Assembly (NCBI GenBank): GCA_030597965.1
Contig: JAUVQU010000001.1
Location: 1 to 36,826, forward strand
From: Cellvibrionaceae bacterium
GTDB taxonomy: Bacteria; Pseudomonadota; Gammaproteobacteria; Pseudomonadales; Cellvibrionaceae
Direction: 5' to 3'
DNA length: 36,826 bases
How positions within the stretch are numbered: position 1 is the stretch's first letter; each line of letters starts with the position of its first letter. Both the position numbers and the translations under genes were made by a program. Below, piece by piece: positions 7,501 through 17,946 of this stretch. Below the pieces are notes generated by a model that worked only from the letters and a program-made list of their open reading frames with translations, searched no databases and was not told the origin of the DNA.

Positions 7501-7914
7501 ATGGATCCAATCAAAATTTCAGACTGCATGCTTCGTCAGTTTATTTCACTGTCTCCAGAGATGGATGTAGTAGATGCCGCAACCCTGTTGATTAAGTACA
7601 AATCCATTGGTGCTCCAGTGGTCAATGATGGTGGCTGTTTGATTGGTTGGGTGTCAGAACAGGATTGTCTTGCTGTGGTTAGTCAGGATATGTATTTCTC
7701 AGATCGTCAAAGGTCAGTTGAGGATATTATGAGCACTGAAGTAATGACAGCTAAGCCGAATGACACTATTTTGGATGTCGCTGAAAGAATGTCGAAAGAG
7801 AAGCCTAAGAGCTATCCTGTGATTTCCGATGAGTGTCATGTTTTGGGTGTTGTTACCCGACACATTGTGCTGAAAAAGATGTGTGAGCGGATAAATAACC
7901 CGCAAACTGCTTAA
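7501..7914 (+). CDS. CBS domain pair protein
   Basis: Two CBS repeats (ISDCM ... GAPVVNDGGCLIGWVSEQD and VEDIMSTEVMTAKPNDTILDVAERM ... YPVISDECHVLGVVTRH). GGGTGAG lies 7 nt before ATG 7501. Confidence 0.85.
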   Translation: MDPIKISDCMLRQFISLSPEMDVVDAATLLIKYKSIGAPVVNDGGCLIGWVSEQDCLAVVSQDMYFSDRQRSVEDIMSTEVMTAKPNDTILDVAERMSKEKPKSYPVISDECHVLGVVTRHIVLKKMCERINNPQTA

Positions 7915-7982
7915 TGAAGTGGCTCCCCTCGCTTTCCAGCGACTAAACTGGAGAATGGGCACCCAAAAACGGGAGAGCCATC

Positions 7983-8249
7983 GTGTATATCAAAGTGCTT
8001 GAAATTGATTTAGACAAGTCTTCTTTTCATGTGGTTGGTCGTGACGTTTCAGGCTAACCCATTCTTCGTAAAATCTCACCCGACAGAAATTGATCGAGCT
8101 CATCGCTAATTCACCACAGTGTACGGTGGCGTTTGAGGCCTGTGGTGGCTGAATAGCTGCGAGTCAGCAAGCCGTTCAATGTGGCCGTTGTGGTGTTAGC
8201 CAACAAGCTGTTAACGGCAACAAGTTATATCCGAGTTTGCAAGGGCTGA
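7983..8249 (+). pseudogene. relic of an IS110-family (DEDD) transposase gene
   Basis: Frame 1 reads VYIKVLEIDLDKSSFHVVGRDVSG*PILRKISPDR. A frameshift then gives QKLIELIANSPQCTVAFEACGG*, and a third frame gives KPFNVAVVVLANKL. These match the N-terminal GIDLaK...mEAcG blocks and the C-terminal tail of IS110 transposases. There are at least 2 in-frame stops, at least 1 frameshift, and most of the roughly 340-aa gene is deleted. Confidence 0.6.
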
Positions 8250-8379
8250 GGCTGATGACGAAAGCCTCCCAACAAGACCCCGAATACATTAGCGCAGACT
8301 AACCTCTTCATCGTAATCTATACGTGTAATCACGAGGGAAACCATACATTTTTGTGGTTGAATTTTCGTTATTGGATTC

Positions 8380-11040
8380 TTAAAACAAATCATCAGGAAA
8401 CAATTCTTCTGCGGATCCCCCGGCTTGGTTTGTGCCCGATGCGGATTCAAATTCAGGAATATATTCAGTGCGGAAAATCTCAAAGATAGCGTCTGGATTT
8501 GCTGACTCTGTGCGTAAACCTGTTTCGGGATTAATGCGCACTGACACGAGCCCCTCAGGAAATTTCCGAGGCTTTTCGGGAACACCATCCAGTGCCAACT
8601 TCATAAAGTCCATCCAGATAGGCAAAGCCGCAGTGCCACCATACTCACGGCGCCCCAGGAGTGTGTTTTTATCGAAACCTACCCATGCAGTGGCGACGAT
8701 ACTGTGGTTGTAGCCTGAGAACCAAGCATCTCTGGGTCCATTAGTCGTGCCTGTTTTTCCTGCCAAGTCAGAACGACCGAGCGCCAGTGCTTTGCGGGCG
8801 GTGCCCCGTTTGATGACATCGTGAAGCATGTCGTCAATAAGATAGGCGACCTGTTTACTCATGACTCGTGGGGCCGCCGGCAGCGGTTCGGGCTCCTCTA
8901 TCAGAAGTGGGGCTTCATTATTTGTTAGCTCCTCGCCCTCTGCGATTTTATTCTCATTGCCAGCTTCGGAATCAGATGTTTCTGTCAGTGCTGTTTCTGT
9001 TACTTCGGTGGCGGTGTCAGGGTTGTCAGCTTCGGTAGCTGTGACTGCTTTCTGATTGTCGGGATCAGTTGCTGGCTGCGCTGTTGAATCGTTGGTTAGT
9101 TTTGCGCACTCGGCGCAAACCGTAGCGGGCCGCGCTTGAAAAATAATGTCCCCTTCGGCATTTTCAATGCGATCGACTAAGTAAGGCTCTACCTTGTAGC
9201 CGCCGTTGGCGAACACTGTGTAACCAGTGGCTACTTGCAGTGGGGTGAGCTCGTAACTGCCTAAGGCGAGAGACAGATCCTTTGGCATTTTCCTCCGGTT
9301 GAAGTTATAACGATCCATGTTGCGCAAGGCATTACTAATGCCGATGCTCTGCAATACCCGAATAGAAACCAGGTTGCGTGAAAGGTACAGCGCTTTTCTT
9401 AGTCGTGTCGGGCCATAAAATTTTCCACTGGCGTTTTCAGGCCGCCATGTCCCTTCAAGCCTTGCATCGTTAAATACAATGGGGGCATCGTTGATGATGG
9501 TGGCGGGGGTTAAGCCATTTTCAAGCGCGGCGGTGTAGATAAAGGGTTTGAAGTTGGAGCCTGGCTGGCGGGCTGCCTGGGTGGCTCGGTTGAAATTACT
9601 TTGGCGGAAATCAAACCCTCCAACCAGCGCATTAATAGCGCCATTATTAGGGTTGATGGCGACCATGGCGGCCTGAGCCTTGGGGATTTGGGATAGGTGC
9701 CACTGGTCGCCAATCTCTCTTATGCGGATGACATCGCCGATGCTTACTATGTCTGAAGCCGTTTTTGGTTGGCCCCCCTGTCGGTTTTCATTGATGTATG
9801 GCCTGGCTTTGCTGAGGCCATTATCCCAAGTGATAATGATTTGTTCGCCACTGGAAAGCAGTACTTTGAGGTTTTGCTGTTCAACACCAATTACGGCTGC
9901 GGGGATAAGGTTGGATGCTGGCGGTATTTTCTGCAGGGCTCCTCTCCATTCTTCGTAATCTGTCTCAGACGCTCCTAGGTCGTCGCTCTGGGCATTTAGG
10001 CCGTCGCTCTGAGCATTTAATTCATTGCTCTGGGCAGTTTTGTCACTGGTGGTACTGAGCGGAGGCAGCTTTTGCTCCGGACCACGGTAGCCGTGGCGAA
10101 GATCGTAGGTTAGCAAGCCTTTGGTGATGGCTTGCTGAGCTCTGGCTTGAAGAGCAGAGCTGACAGTGGTGTAGACTTTAAACCCGTCAGTATAAGCAAT
10201 GGCGCCTAATTGCTCTAAGGCTTCTATTCGCGCCATTTCTGCAATATAGGGTGCAGCTAAACCCAGGGATTTGGCGTAGACACTGGCGGTTACGGGGGAG
10301 TTTATGGCTTCGTCATGTCTTTCTTGGTCGATGTAATCGAGATCGAGCATCCTGCCAATAATCCAGTTGCGTCGAACGATCGCTCGTTTGGGGTTGGCAA
10401 TAGGGTTATAAGCCGATGGTGCCTTAGGCAGGCCGGCAATCATGGCCAGCTGAGCGAGGTTAAGCTCCGTGATGGTTTTGCCGTAATATACTTGGGAGGC
10501 GGCCTCAATACCGTAAGCGCGATTGCCCAGGTAAATTTTATTGACGTACAACTCAAGGATTTCTTCTTTGCTTAGCTCTTTTTCTATTTGTAATGCCAGC
10601 AGGATTTCATTGAATTTTCTGCTAAAGGTTTGAGTTCGAGTTAAGAAAAAATTACGAGCTACCTGCATCGTGATGGTGCTGCCACCGGTTTGAATGCTGC
10701 CGGACTGCAATAACTGTGAAGCGGCTCTCAAAAGTCCCTTAATATCTACGCCAGGATGTGAGTAGAATCGATTGTCCTCTGCGGAAATGATAGCGTTAAT
10801 GAAATCCACGGGGGTGTCGACCAGTGCAATAGGGGTTCTGCGTTTTTCGCCAAACTCACCGAGCAGTTGGTTGTCGCCGGAATAAATACGTAATGGGGTC
10901 TGTAAGTGAATATCCCTAATGCTCTCTACGGGAGGTAATTTGGGGCTTAAATAGAGGTATAGGCCAGAGAAAACCGCAGAAGCGCCGCAAATAGCAATAA
11001 AAAGAAGCCAAAGGGTTGGGCGTAAATATTTATTTTTCAC
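8380..11040 (-). CDS. mrcA: penicillin-binding protein 1A (bifunctional glycosyltransferase/transpeptidase)
   Basis: N-terminal TM helix. GT51 motifs EDNRFYSHPGVD and GGSTITMQ. Transpeptidase motifs SNFKP (SxxK), SRN (SxN) and KTGTT. Divergent from pilM, as in Pseudomonas ponA. Confidence 0.95.
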   Translation of the reverse strand: MKNKYLRPTLWLLFIAICGASAVFSGLYLYLSPKLPPVESIRDIHLQTPLRIYSGDNQLLGEFGEKRRTPIALVDTPVDFINAIISAEDNRFYSHPGVDIKGLLRAASQLLQSGSIQTGGSTITMQVARNFFLTRTQTFSRKFNEILLALQIEKELSKEEILELYVNKIYLGNRAYGIEAASQVYYGKTITELNLAQLAMIAGLPKAPSAYNPIANPKRAIVRRNWIIGRMLDLDYIDQERHDEAINSPVTASVYAKSLGLAAPYIAEMARIEALEQLGAIAYTDGFKVYTTVSSALQARAQQAITKGLLTYDLRHGYRGPEQKLPPLSTTSDKTAQSNELNAQSDGLNAQSDDLGASETDYEEWRGALQKIPPASNLIPAAVIGVEQQNLKVLLSSGEQIIITWDNGLSKARPYINENRQGGQPKTASDIVSIGDVIRIREIGDQWHLSQIPKAQAAMVAINPNNGAINALVGGFDFRQSNFNRATQAARQPGSNFKPFIYTAALENGLTPATIINDAPIVFNDARLEGTWRPENASGKFYGPTRLRKALYLSRNLVSIRVLQSIGISNALRNMDRYNFNRRKMPKDLSLALGSYELTPLQVATGYTVFANGGYKVEPYLVDRIENAEGDIIFQARPATVCAECAKLTNDSTAQPATDPDNQKAVTATEADNPDTATEVTETALTETSDSEAGNENKIAEGEELTNNEAPLLIEEPEPLPAAPRVMSKQVAYLIDDMLHDVIKRGTARKALALGRSDLAGKTGTTNGPRDAWFSGYNHSIVATAWVGFDKNTLLGRREYGGTAALPIWMDFMKLALDGVPEKPRKFPEGLVSVRINPETGLRTESANPDAIFEIFRTEYIPEFESASGTNQAGGSAEELFPDDLF
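9979..10041. repeat. three imperfect in-frame 21-bp tandem repeats inside mrcA
   Basis: Units are 9979-9999 gtcgtcgctctgggcatttag, 10000-10020 gccgtcgctctgagcatttaa and 10021-10041 ttcattgctctgggcagtttt. On the - strand they encode the reiterated (L)NAQSD(G/D/E) heptads. Confidence 0.7.
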
Positions 11041-11179
11041 AGTAGTTTTTCTTTAAAAATGGGCTAGTGAAAGCCGTCCGGTTATTTGAAATAAGAGTAT
11101 AGGCTGTTTTGTTAGGTTTACATATAATTCACGTTGTTGCAGGCTTGAGTTAAAGTGCTATAACATGAAGTGCAGCTAA

Positions 11180-12267
<1,088 letters not shown>

Positions 12268-12268
<1 letters not shown>

Positions 12269-12834
12269 TGGCCAGAATCAATTTACTGCCTTGGCGTGAA
12301 GAGTATCGCAAGGAGAAAAAAGAGGAATTTATTAAAGTCCTCATCGGTGCTGCGGCCGTTGCGGGACTCTGTGCTTATTTATGGGTGAGCCTAATGCAGT
12401 TGTCCATTGACTCACAGCTCGATAGGAACAATATACTGAATCAAGAAATTGGACTTCTGCAGGTTAAAGTTGAGGAGATTAGAACCCTAAAAAAGAAAAG
12501 GGAAGAGCTCCTCGACCGGATGGACGTCATACAAAACCTGCAGGGTAAGCGGCCTATTATTGTTCGCCATTTTGATGAGTTGGTGAAAGTTGTACCGGAA
12601 GGGGTTTACATAGACTCTCTTAGTCGTAAGGCATCTAAAATTAGCATTGAAGGTGTAACCGAATCCAATGTGCGTGTTTCTAGCCTTATGAGGAATGTCA
12701 GTGGCTCCGAGTGGTTCTCATCTCCAAATCTACGGTCGGTTAAGGCTGCGCCTCAGTTGGGGGAGCAGGCCAGCTCCTTCCATATTGATTTGACAGCTGC
12801 GGATCCCAGCAATAAGAAGGAAGGGGCTGACTAA
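12268..12834 (+). CDS. pilN: type IV pilus assembly protein PilN
   Basis: INLLPWREE N-terminus, a single TM helix and a coiled coil. TGATG overlap with pilM. Confidence 0.9.
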
Positions 12835-13445
12835 TGGCTTTCCAGGATGTAGTTGAGCAGTTAAAAGACATTGACCTGAGTGATATTGATTGGTCGAGAG
12901 CGGGGATATGGCCGCTCCCAGTCAAAGTTATTATTTGTATTTTTTTGATGATTTTAATTCTCGTGGCAGTGAATGTCTTAGTGATTGACGATCTTCGTAA
13001 GGAGAAAGAGAGGGTGGTCGCTAAGGAGCAAGAGCTGAGATCCGCTTTTGAGATTAGGGCGCATCAGGCGGCGAATCTAGATGCTTACAGGGCTCAGATG
13101 AAAGATATGCAGGTGTCGTTTGGCGCATTGATTTCTCAGCTGCCTAGCGACACAGAAGTGCCTGACTTGCTTGAGGATATTGATGAGAAAGGAGCCGATA
13201 GTGGCTTAAAAATCAATAGCATCGGTTTGCAGAAAGAGCGAGCTGCGGAATTTTATGTCGAGTTGCCAATTTCAATAAACGTAACAGGTACTTATCATGA
13301 CCTGGGTAGTTTTGTGAGCGGTATTGCGGGAATGCCTCGAATTGTAACTCTGCATGATTATGTTCTGAAAAGGTCGAAACAAAGTGGTTTGCTTGATATG
13401 CAAATTTTAGCCAAGACTTATCGCTATAAAGATCAGGGTAAGTAG
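12834..13445 (+). CDS. pilO: type IV pilus assembly protein PilO
   Basis: TM helix plus coiled coil plus a C-terminal ferredoxin-like part (TGTYHDLGSFVSGIAGMPRIVTL). TAATG overlap with pilN. Confidence 0.9.
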   Translation: MAFQDVVEQLKDIDLSDIDWSRAGIWPLPVKVIICIFLMILILVAVNVLVIDDLRKEKERVVAKEQELRSAFEIRAHQAANLDAYRAQMKDMQVSFGALISQLPSDTEVPDLLEDIDEKGADSGLKINSIGLQKERAAEFYVELPISINVTGTYHDLGSFVSGIAGMPRIVTLHDYVLKRSKQSGLLDMQILAKTYRYKDQGK

Positions 13446-13447
13446 TT

Positions 13448-13990
13448 ATGAAATTGGATCGATTAATTTGCGCAATTGGGTTTTCAGCCTTTTTCGTTTT
13501 GGGTTTAAGTGCGTGTAGTGATAGCGGGCAGCACGGCGATCTTCGCGACTATATTGAAGAGACCAAACGCAGGCCTGCGGGCGAGATAGAGCCCTTGCCT
13601 TCCTTTGTTCCGTATAAAAGCTTTGCTTACTCTGCTATGGCGTTAAGAAGTCCATTTGACCCCCCCGCAGAGCAGGAGCAAAGCGTGGTGTTGAGCAATA
13701 ATAAAAATATTAAACCAGACTTTGAGCGCGAGAAAGAGGTGTTAGAGGGGTTCAACTTTGGCGCGTTGAGAATGGTCGGCACCCTAACGAAAGATGGTGC
13801 CGTTTGGGCGCTGATTAATGATGGTGAAAGCGGTATACATCGAGTGACTACAGGTAATTATATAGGTATGAACCATGGTCGCATTGTGGCTGCATCAAAC
13901 CATCAAATTGAGGTTATAGAAATTGTACCCAATGGTACTAATGGTTGGGTGGAAAGACCCCAGGTTCTGTCAATCCAAGAGAAGGATTAG
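13448..13990 (+). CDS. pilP: type IV pilus assembly lipoprotein PilP
   Basis: Lipobox LGLSAC, 180 aa, starts 2 nt after the pilO stop. Confidence 0.85.
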   Translation: MKLDRLICAIGFSAFFVLGLSACSDSGQHGDLRDYIEETKRRPAGEIEPLPSFVPYKSFAYSAMALRSPFDPPAEQEQSVVLSNNKNIKPDFEREKEVLEGFNFGALRMVGTLTKDGAVWALINDGESGIHRVTTGNYIGMNHGRIVAASNHQIEVIEIVPNGTNGWVERPQVLSIQEKD

Positions 13991-13996
13991 ATTGTT

Positions 13997-16030
13997 ATGG
14001 TTAATTATAAAAAATTGGGATGTCAGATGAAAGCTGTAGTGATTGCTTTGGTGGTCTCCGCCTTTTCTGTGGTTGTGCAGGCAAGCTCATTGCAGGATAT
14101 GCGGTTTGCTGAATTGCCGGGTGAGATATTCGAGGTGAGGTTGGGCTTTGATGTTATTGGCCCTGAGCCTGCCGGATTTACCATAGAGCGGCCTGCGCGA
14201 ATTGTTCTCGACTTTGTAGGTGTCGAAAATCAATTGCAGCAAAAGAAATTTCCTTTGGCGTTTGATAATGCCAAGAGCGCCATAGTGTTGAGTGGCAATG
14301 GCCGTACCCGATTGATTTTAAATTTGAATGAGCTTACGCCATACCAGACTTACGTCGATGGAAATGACTTTGTGGTTGAGGTTGGCAGCAGGCAGGCCGG
14401 TGGCTATTTAGAGAAAACAACTCAAAGCGATTCATCGCAAGGGGATGCTCCCGGTGCGGGGGCTGTATTGGCCATTAATAGCATTGATTTTAGGCGTGGA
14501 GAGTTTGGTGAAGGTAAGGTGATTGTGGGCCTGTCTGATGAATCAATCGACATTGATATTGAGAAGAAAGGGGGGGCGATAAGTGTGTCGTTTATCGCAG
14601 CTGAACTTCCTGCCGGCTTGCGTCGTAGTTTGGATGTTACTGACTTCGCGACACCCGTTAATTCAATTGATGCTACCTATGATGACAGTAATGCGGTGCT
14701 TAATATTAAGGCCTCAGGCGAGTATGACTATTTAGCCTATCAAGCTGACAATAAGTATGTGATTAGTATTAAGCCGCTTACTGACAGGGAGCTTGAAGAG
14801 AAGAGAAAACGCTTTGCTTTTGTTGGCGAAAAGCTTTCTTTAAATTTCCAGGATATTGAGGTGCGCTCTGTCTTGCAGCTTATTGCAGACTTTACCGAGC
14901 TAAACCTAGTGGCCAGCGATACGGTAACGGGAAGTATTACTTTACGCTTGGACGGCGTGCCGTGGGATCAGGCGCTCGATTTGGTTTTGAAGACGAAAGG
15001 CTTGGATAAGCGGCAGGTGGGTAATGTGCTGATGATCGCGCCTGCGGCTGAAATAGCAGAAAGGGAGCGGCAGGAGTTGGAGACGCTTAAGCAATTGGAG
15101 GAGCTGGCTCCGTTGCAAACAGAATACCTGCGTATTCGTTATGCCAGTGCCAGTGAATTGTTTAAGCTGTTTGGAGCGGCGGCGAGGGATGATGAGGCTG
15201 CCACAAATAGTATCCTGTCCGAAAGAGGCAGCGCCATTGTTGACGAGCGAACAAACTCAATTATTTTAACGGATACTGCAGATAAAATTGCTGAGTTTCG
15301 TGAGCTGGTTGAGAAGATAGACGTGCCTATTCGTCAGGTTATGATCGAGGCGCGTATAGTGATTGCTAACGATAATTTTCAGCGTGAATTGGGGATAAAC
15401 TGGGCTGCAGGTGATGGTCGTAATGATGATCATTCTCTGCTTGCTGAGAACTTGTTCGTTGATTTGGGGGTGGGTGCACCGACGAGCGGTATCGCCTTAA
15501 GCTATTTGGCTGATGATACGTTTTTAAATATGGAGTTGTCTGCGCTTCAGAGTTCTGGTCATGGCGAGGTGATTTCGCAGCCAAAAGTGATTACCGGTAA
15601 TAAGCAGCAAGCGCATATTGAGTCGGGTACTGAGATACCGTATCAGGAAGCCTCTTCTAGCGGATCCACTTCGACCTCATTCAAGGAGGCTGTGTTGAAA
15701 CTGGATGTGACGCCACAAATCACCCCGGATGATCGAATTATCATGGATTTAAAAATCAATCAGGACTCTGTAGGGGAGATTACGGCTTCGAATATTCCAA
15801 CTATTGATGTGACTGAGCTTCAAACACAGGTGCTTGTGGCGAATGGACAGACGGTTGTTTTAGGTGGTATATATCGTAACACCCTAACAGAAGGTGTGAG
15901 TAAGGTGCCGTTCCTTGGAGATATCCCTTATATGGGTAGACTGTTTAAGAGGAATATTCGTTCTGAGGAAAAGCGCGAGCTGCTTATTTTCATTACCCCT
16001 ACAATTTTATCGTCAGAGTTGGTTCAATAA
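13997..16030 (+). CDS. pilQ: type IV pilus secretin PilQ
   Basis: Signal peptide, two AMIN-like N-terminal repeats, and a secretin C-domain (VLGGIYRN ... VPFLGDIPYMGRLFK). Alternative start ATG 14027. Confidence 0.95.
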   Translation: MVNYKKLGCQMKAVVIALVVSAFSVVVQASSLQDMRFAELPGEIFEVRLGFDVIGPEPAGFTIERPARIVLDFVGVENQLQQKKFPLAFDNAKSAIVLSGNGRTRLILNLNELTPYQTYVDGNDFVVEVGSRQAGGYLEKTTQSDSSQGDAPGAGAVLAINSIDFRRGEFGEGKVIVGLSDESIDIDIEKKGGAISVSFIAAELPAGLRRSLDVTDFATPVNSIDATYDDSNAVLNIKASGEYDYLAYQADNKYVISIKPLTDRELEEKRKRFAFVGEKLSLNFQDIEVRSVLQLIADFTELNLVASDTVTGSITLRLDGVPWDQALDLVLKTKGLDKRQVGNVLMIAPAAEIAERERQELETLKQLEELAPLQTEYLRIRYASASELFKLFGAAARDDEAATNSILSERGSAIVDERTNSIILTDTADKIAEFRELVEKIDVPIRQVMIEARIVIANDNFQRELGINWAAGDGRNDDHSLLAENLFVDLGVGAPTSGIALSYLADDTFLNMELSALQSSGHGEVISQPKVITGNKQQAHIESGTEIPYQEASSSGSTSTSFKEAVLKLDVTPQITPDDRIIMDLKINQDSVGEITASNIPTIDVTELQTQVLVANGQTVVLGGIYRNTLTEGVSKVPFLGDIPYMGRLFKRNIRSEEKRELLIFITPTILSSELVQ

Positions 16031-16031
16031 A

Positions 16032-16538
16032 TTGAATTCTACTGTTGTTCTCGTCGGCCCTATGGGGGCCGGTAAATCCACTATTGGTCGTACATTGGCC
16101 ACTCAACTTGGGTTGCCTTTTTGGGACAGCGATCGTGTTATTGAGGATCGTACTGGAGCGGACATTCCGTGGATTTTCGATGTTGAGGGTGAGGAGGGTT
16201 TTCGTCAGCGTGAGAGTGTTGTGCTGGAGGAAATTCTTAAGGGTGGGGCGTCGGTATTGGCTACTGGCGGTGGCATTGTGCTGAAGGAGAAAAACAGGCA
16301 GTTGCTCAAGAACGTTGATGGTGTGGTGGTTTATCTGTCGGCACCGATTGACCAGCTGCTGGAGAGAACCAGTAAAGATAAAAAACGCCCCCTGTTACAG
16401 GTCGATGACCCGGAGGCGAAAATCCGAGAATTGATAGAGCAGCGTGATCCTTTATATCAAGAGGTAGCTGATCATATTGTCACTACGGACCGCCGTGGTG
16501 TAAAAGCTACAGTTCAGTCCATTATTGCCCTTCTTTAG
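16032..16538 (+). CDS. aroK: shikimate kinase
   Basis: VLVGPMGAGKSTIGR P-loop, DSD, and GGG(I)V blocks. The only start that keeps the P-loop and avoids overlapping pilQ is TTG 16032, 1 nt after the pilQ stop. The track's 207-aa version overlaps pilQ. Confidence 0.85.
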   Translation: MNSTVVLVGPMGAGKSTIGRTLATQLGLPFWDSDRVIEDRTGADIPWIFDVEGEEGFRQRESVVLEEILKGGASVLATGGGIVLKEKNRQLLKNVDGVVVYLSAPIDQLLERTSKDKKRPLLQVDDPEAKIRELIEQRDPLYQEVADHIVTTDRRGVKATVQSIIALL

Positions 16539-16611
16539 GAGGCTTCAAGTTAGCCTTCTGAGTTTTTTCCTGTGTTAGAATGCGCTTTTAATTCTACGCA
16601 GTGACTCTAGT

Positions 16612-17685
16612 ATGCAGACCTTACGTGTTGACCTTGGCGAACGCAGCTACCCAATCTTTATTGGTGAGGGATTGCTCGGGAATGGCGATCTCCTGTTGCC
16701 CTATATTAAAGGAAAGCAGGTTTGTATTGTCACCAACGAAACGATTGCGCCTCTGTATCTCGATGCTTTAAAAAGTGCTCTGTCGTCTTTGCGTTTAGAT
16801 GTGGTTGTTCTTCCGGATGGAGAGGAGCACAAAAATCTTCAAACGCTCAATCTTATATTTGATGAGCTTCTCGATAAAAAACATAATCGCACGACTACGC
16901 TGATCGCTTTAGGTGGGGGTGTCGTTGGTGATATGACAGGCTTTGCTGCAGCTTGCTACCAGCGTGGTGTAGATTTTATTCAAGTGCCCACCACGCTACT
17001 CTCTCAAGTTGATTCCTCAGTAGGGGGTAAGACGGGAGTGAATCATGTTCTGGGTAAGAATATGATTGGAGCCTTCCATCAGCCTAATGCAGTGGTGATT
17101 GACACTCAGGTGCTCAAGACTCTGCCCAAGAGGGAGTTGGCGGCCGGTTTTGCTGAGATTGTTAAGTACGGATTGATTGCAGACGCTCCATTTTTTGCCT
17201 GGCTGGAAGAGAACGTAGAAGAGCTGATGGCTTGTGCGTCGGAAGCTTTGGCTTATGCTATCGAGCAGTCCTGCCTTAATAAAGCGAGGGTGGTCGAGCT
17301 AGATGAGCGTGAAGGTGGGGTTCGCGCAATTCTCAATTTAGGGCACACTTTTGGCCATGCCATCGAAACGGCACAAGGTTATGGGGTGTGGTTGCATGGT
17401 GAAGCCGTTGCCGCAGGCATGGTTATGGCTATGGATTTGTCCTTGCGTGAAGGCTGGGTGTCTGAAGATGATGTGGCGAGAACCCGTGCTTTGTTGCAAA
17501 AGGCGGGGCTGCCCGTGACTGCGCCTGAAAATATGACTGAGCGGCAATTTCTTGAGCTGATGTCGGTGGATAAGAAAGTGCTGGATGGGAGTTTGCGCCT
17601 CGTTTTAGTGCGTCAGCTGGGGCAGGCGACAGTGACGGAGAGTTTTTCACAGGCAAACCTCAAGGCAACGCTCGGCGTGACATAG
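16612..17685 (+). CDS. aroB: 3-dehydroquinate synthase
   Basis: [35 protein letters not shown] and [12 protein letters not shown] motifs. Confidence 0.95.
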   Translation: MQTLRVDLGERSYPIFIGEGLLGNGDLLLPYIKGKQVCIVTNETIAPLYLDALKSALSSLRLDVVVLPDGEEHKNLQTLNLIFDELLDKKHNRTTTLIALGGGVVGDMTGFAAACYQRGVDFIQVPTTLLSQVDSSVGGKTGVNHVLGKNMIGAFHQPNAVVIDTQVLKTLPKRELAAGFAEIVKYGLIADAPFFAWLEENVEELMACASEALAYAIEQSCLNKARVVELDEREGGVRAILNLGHTFGHAIETAQGYGVWLHGEAVAAGMVMAMDLSLREGWVSEDDVARTRALLQKAGLPVTAPENMTERQFLELMSVDKKVLDGSLRLVLVRQLGQATVTESFSQANLKATLGVT

Positions 17686-17728
17686 TTTTTTAACTGAGTT
17701 TTGGCTCACGGCAAGTTGTTAGCAGTAT

Positions 17729-17752
17729 CGATGCATTTCGATGCATTTCGAT
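17729..17752. repeat. tandem decamer (ATGCATTTCG x2 plus partial flanks) in the gltB upstream region
   Basis: cg atgcatttcg atgcatttcg at. Each unit carries the ATGCAT palindrome. About 200 nt upstream of the gltB ATG. Confidence 0.6.
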
Positions 17753-17805
17753 TGTTTTTACACTTGCATGCGGTGTTGATAACGGACTCCTTTGCTTCCT
17801 TTTAC

Positions 17806-17834
17806 TTGCTAATACACGGTTAAACGGGTAACAT
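17806..17834 (+). promoter_or_regulatory. possible sigma70 promoter for gltBD
   Basis: TTGCTA (17806-17811), 17 nt spacer, TAACAT (17829-17834), about 110 nt upstream of ATG 17947. Confidence 0.3.
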
Positions 17835-17946
17835 TCTGCGCCCATTTGCTAGGAGTTCCTTGTTCTAGGGGCTTTTTTGTCTGGGGACACAGGTGTGTTT
17901 CCGGATGTTAGTACAACCAGATTAAATAAATTTTGAGAGACCGCGT

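Noticed and set aside
8289-8588. 99-aa minus-strand ORF overlapping the mrcA 3' end.
   Set aside because: It is an alternative frame of the conserved PBP1A C-terminus that runs on into the non-coding tail, and nothing supports it.
15915-16031. N-terminal extension of aroK overlapping the pilQ 3' end (207-aa ORF).
   Set aside because: The extension is the alternative frame of the conserved secretin C-terminus and does not resemble a kinase. AroK homologues begin a few residues before the P-loop.
17702-17720. Sigma54-like TGGC...GC element (tggctcacggcaagttg) upstream of gltB.
   Set aside because: The GG-N10-GC spacing is not satisfied, since the -12 position reads GT rather than GC. It does not qualify as an RpoN promoter.
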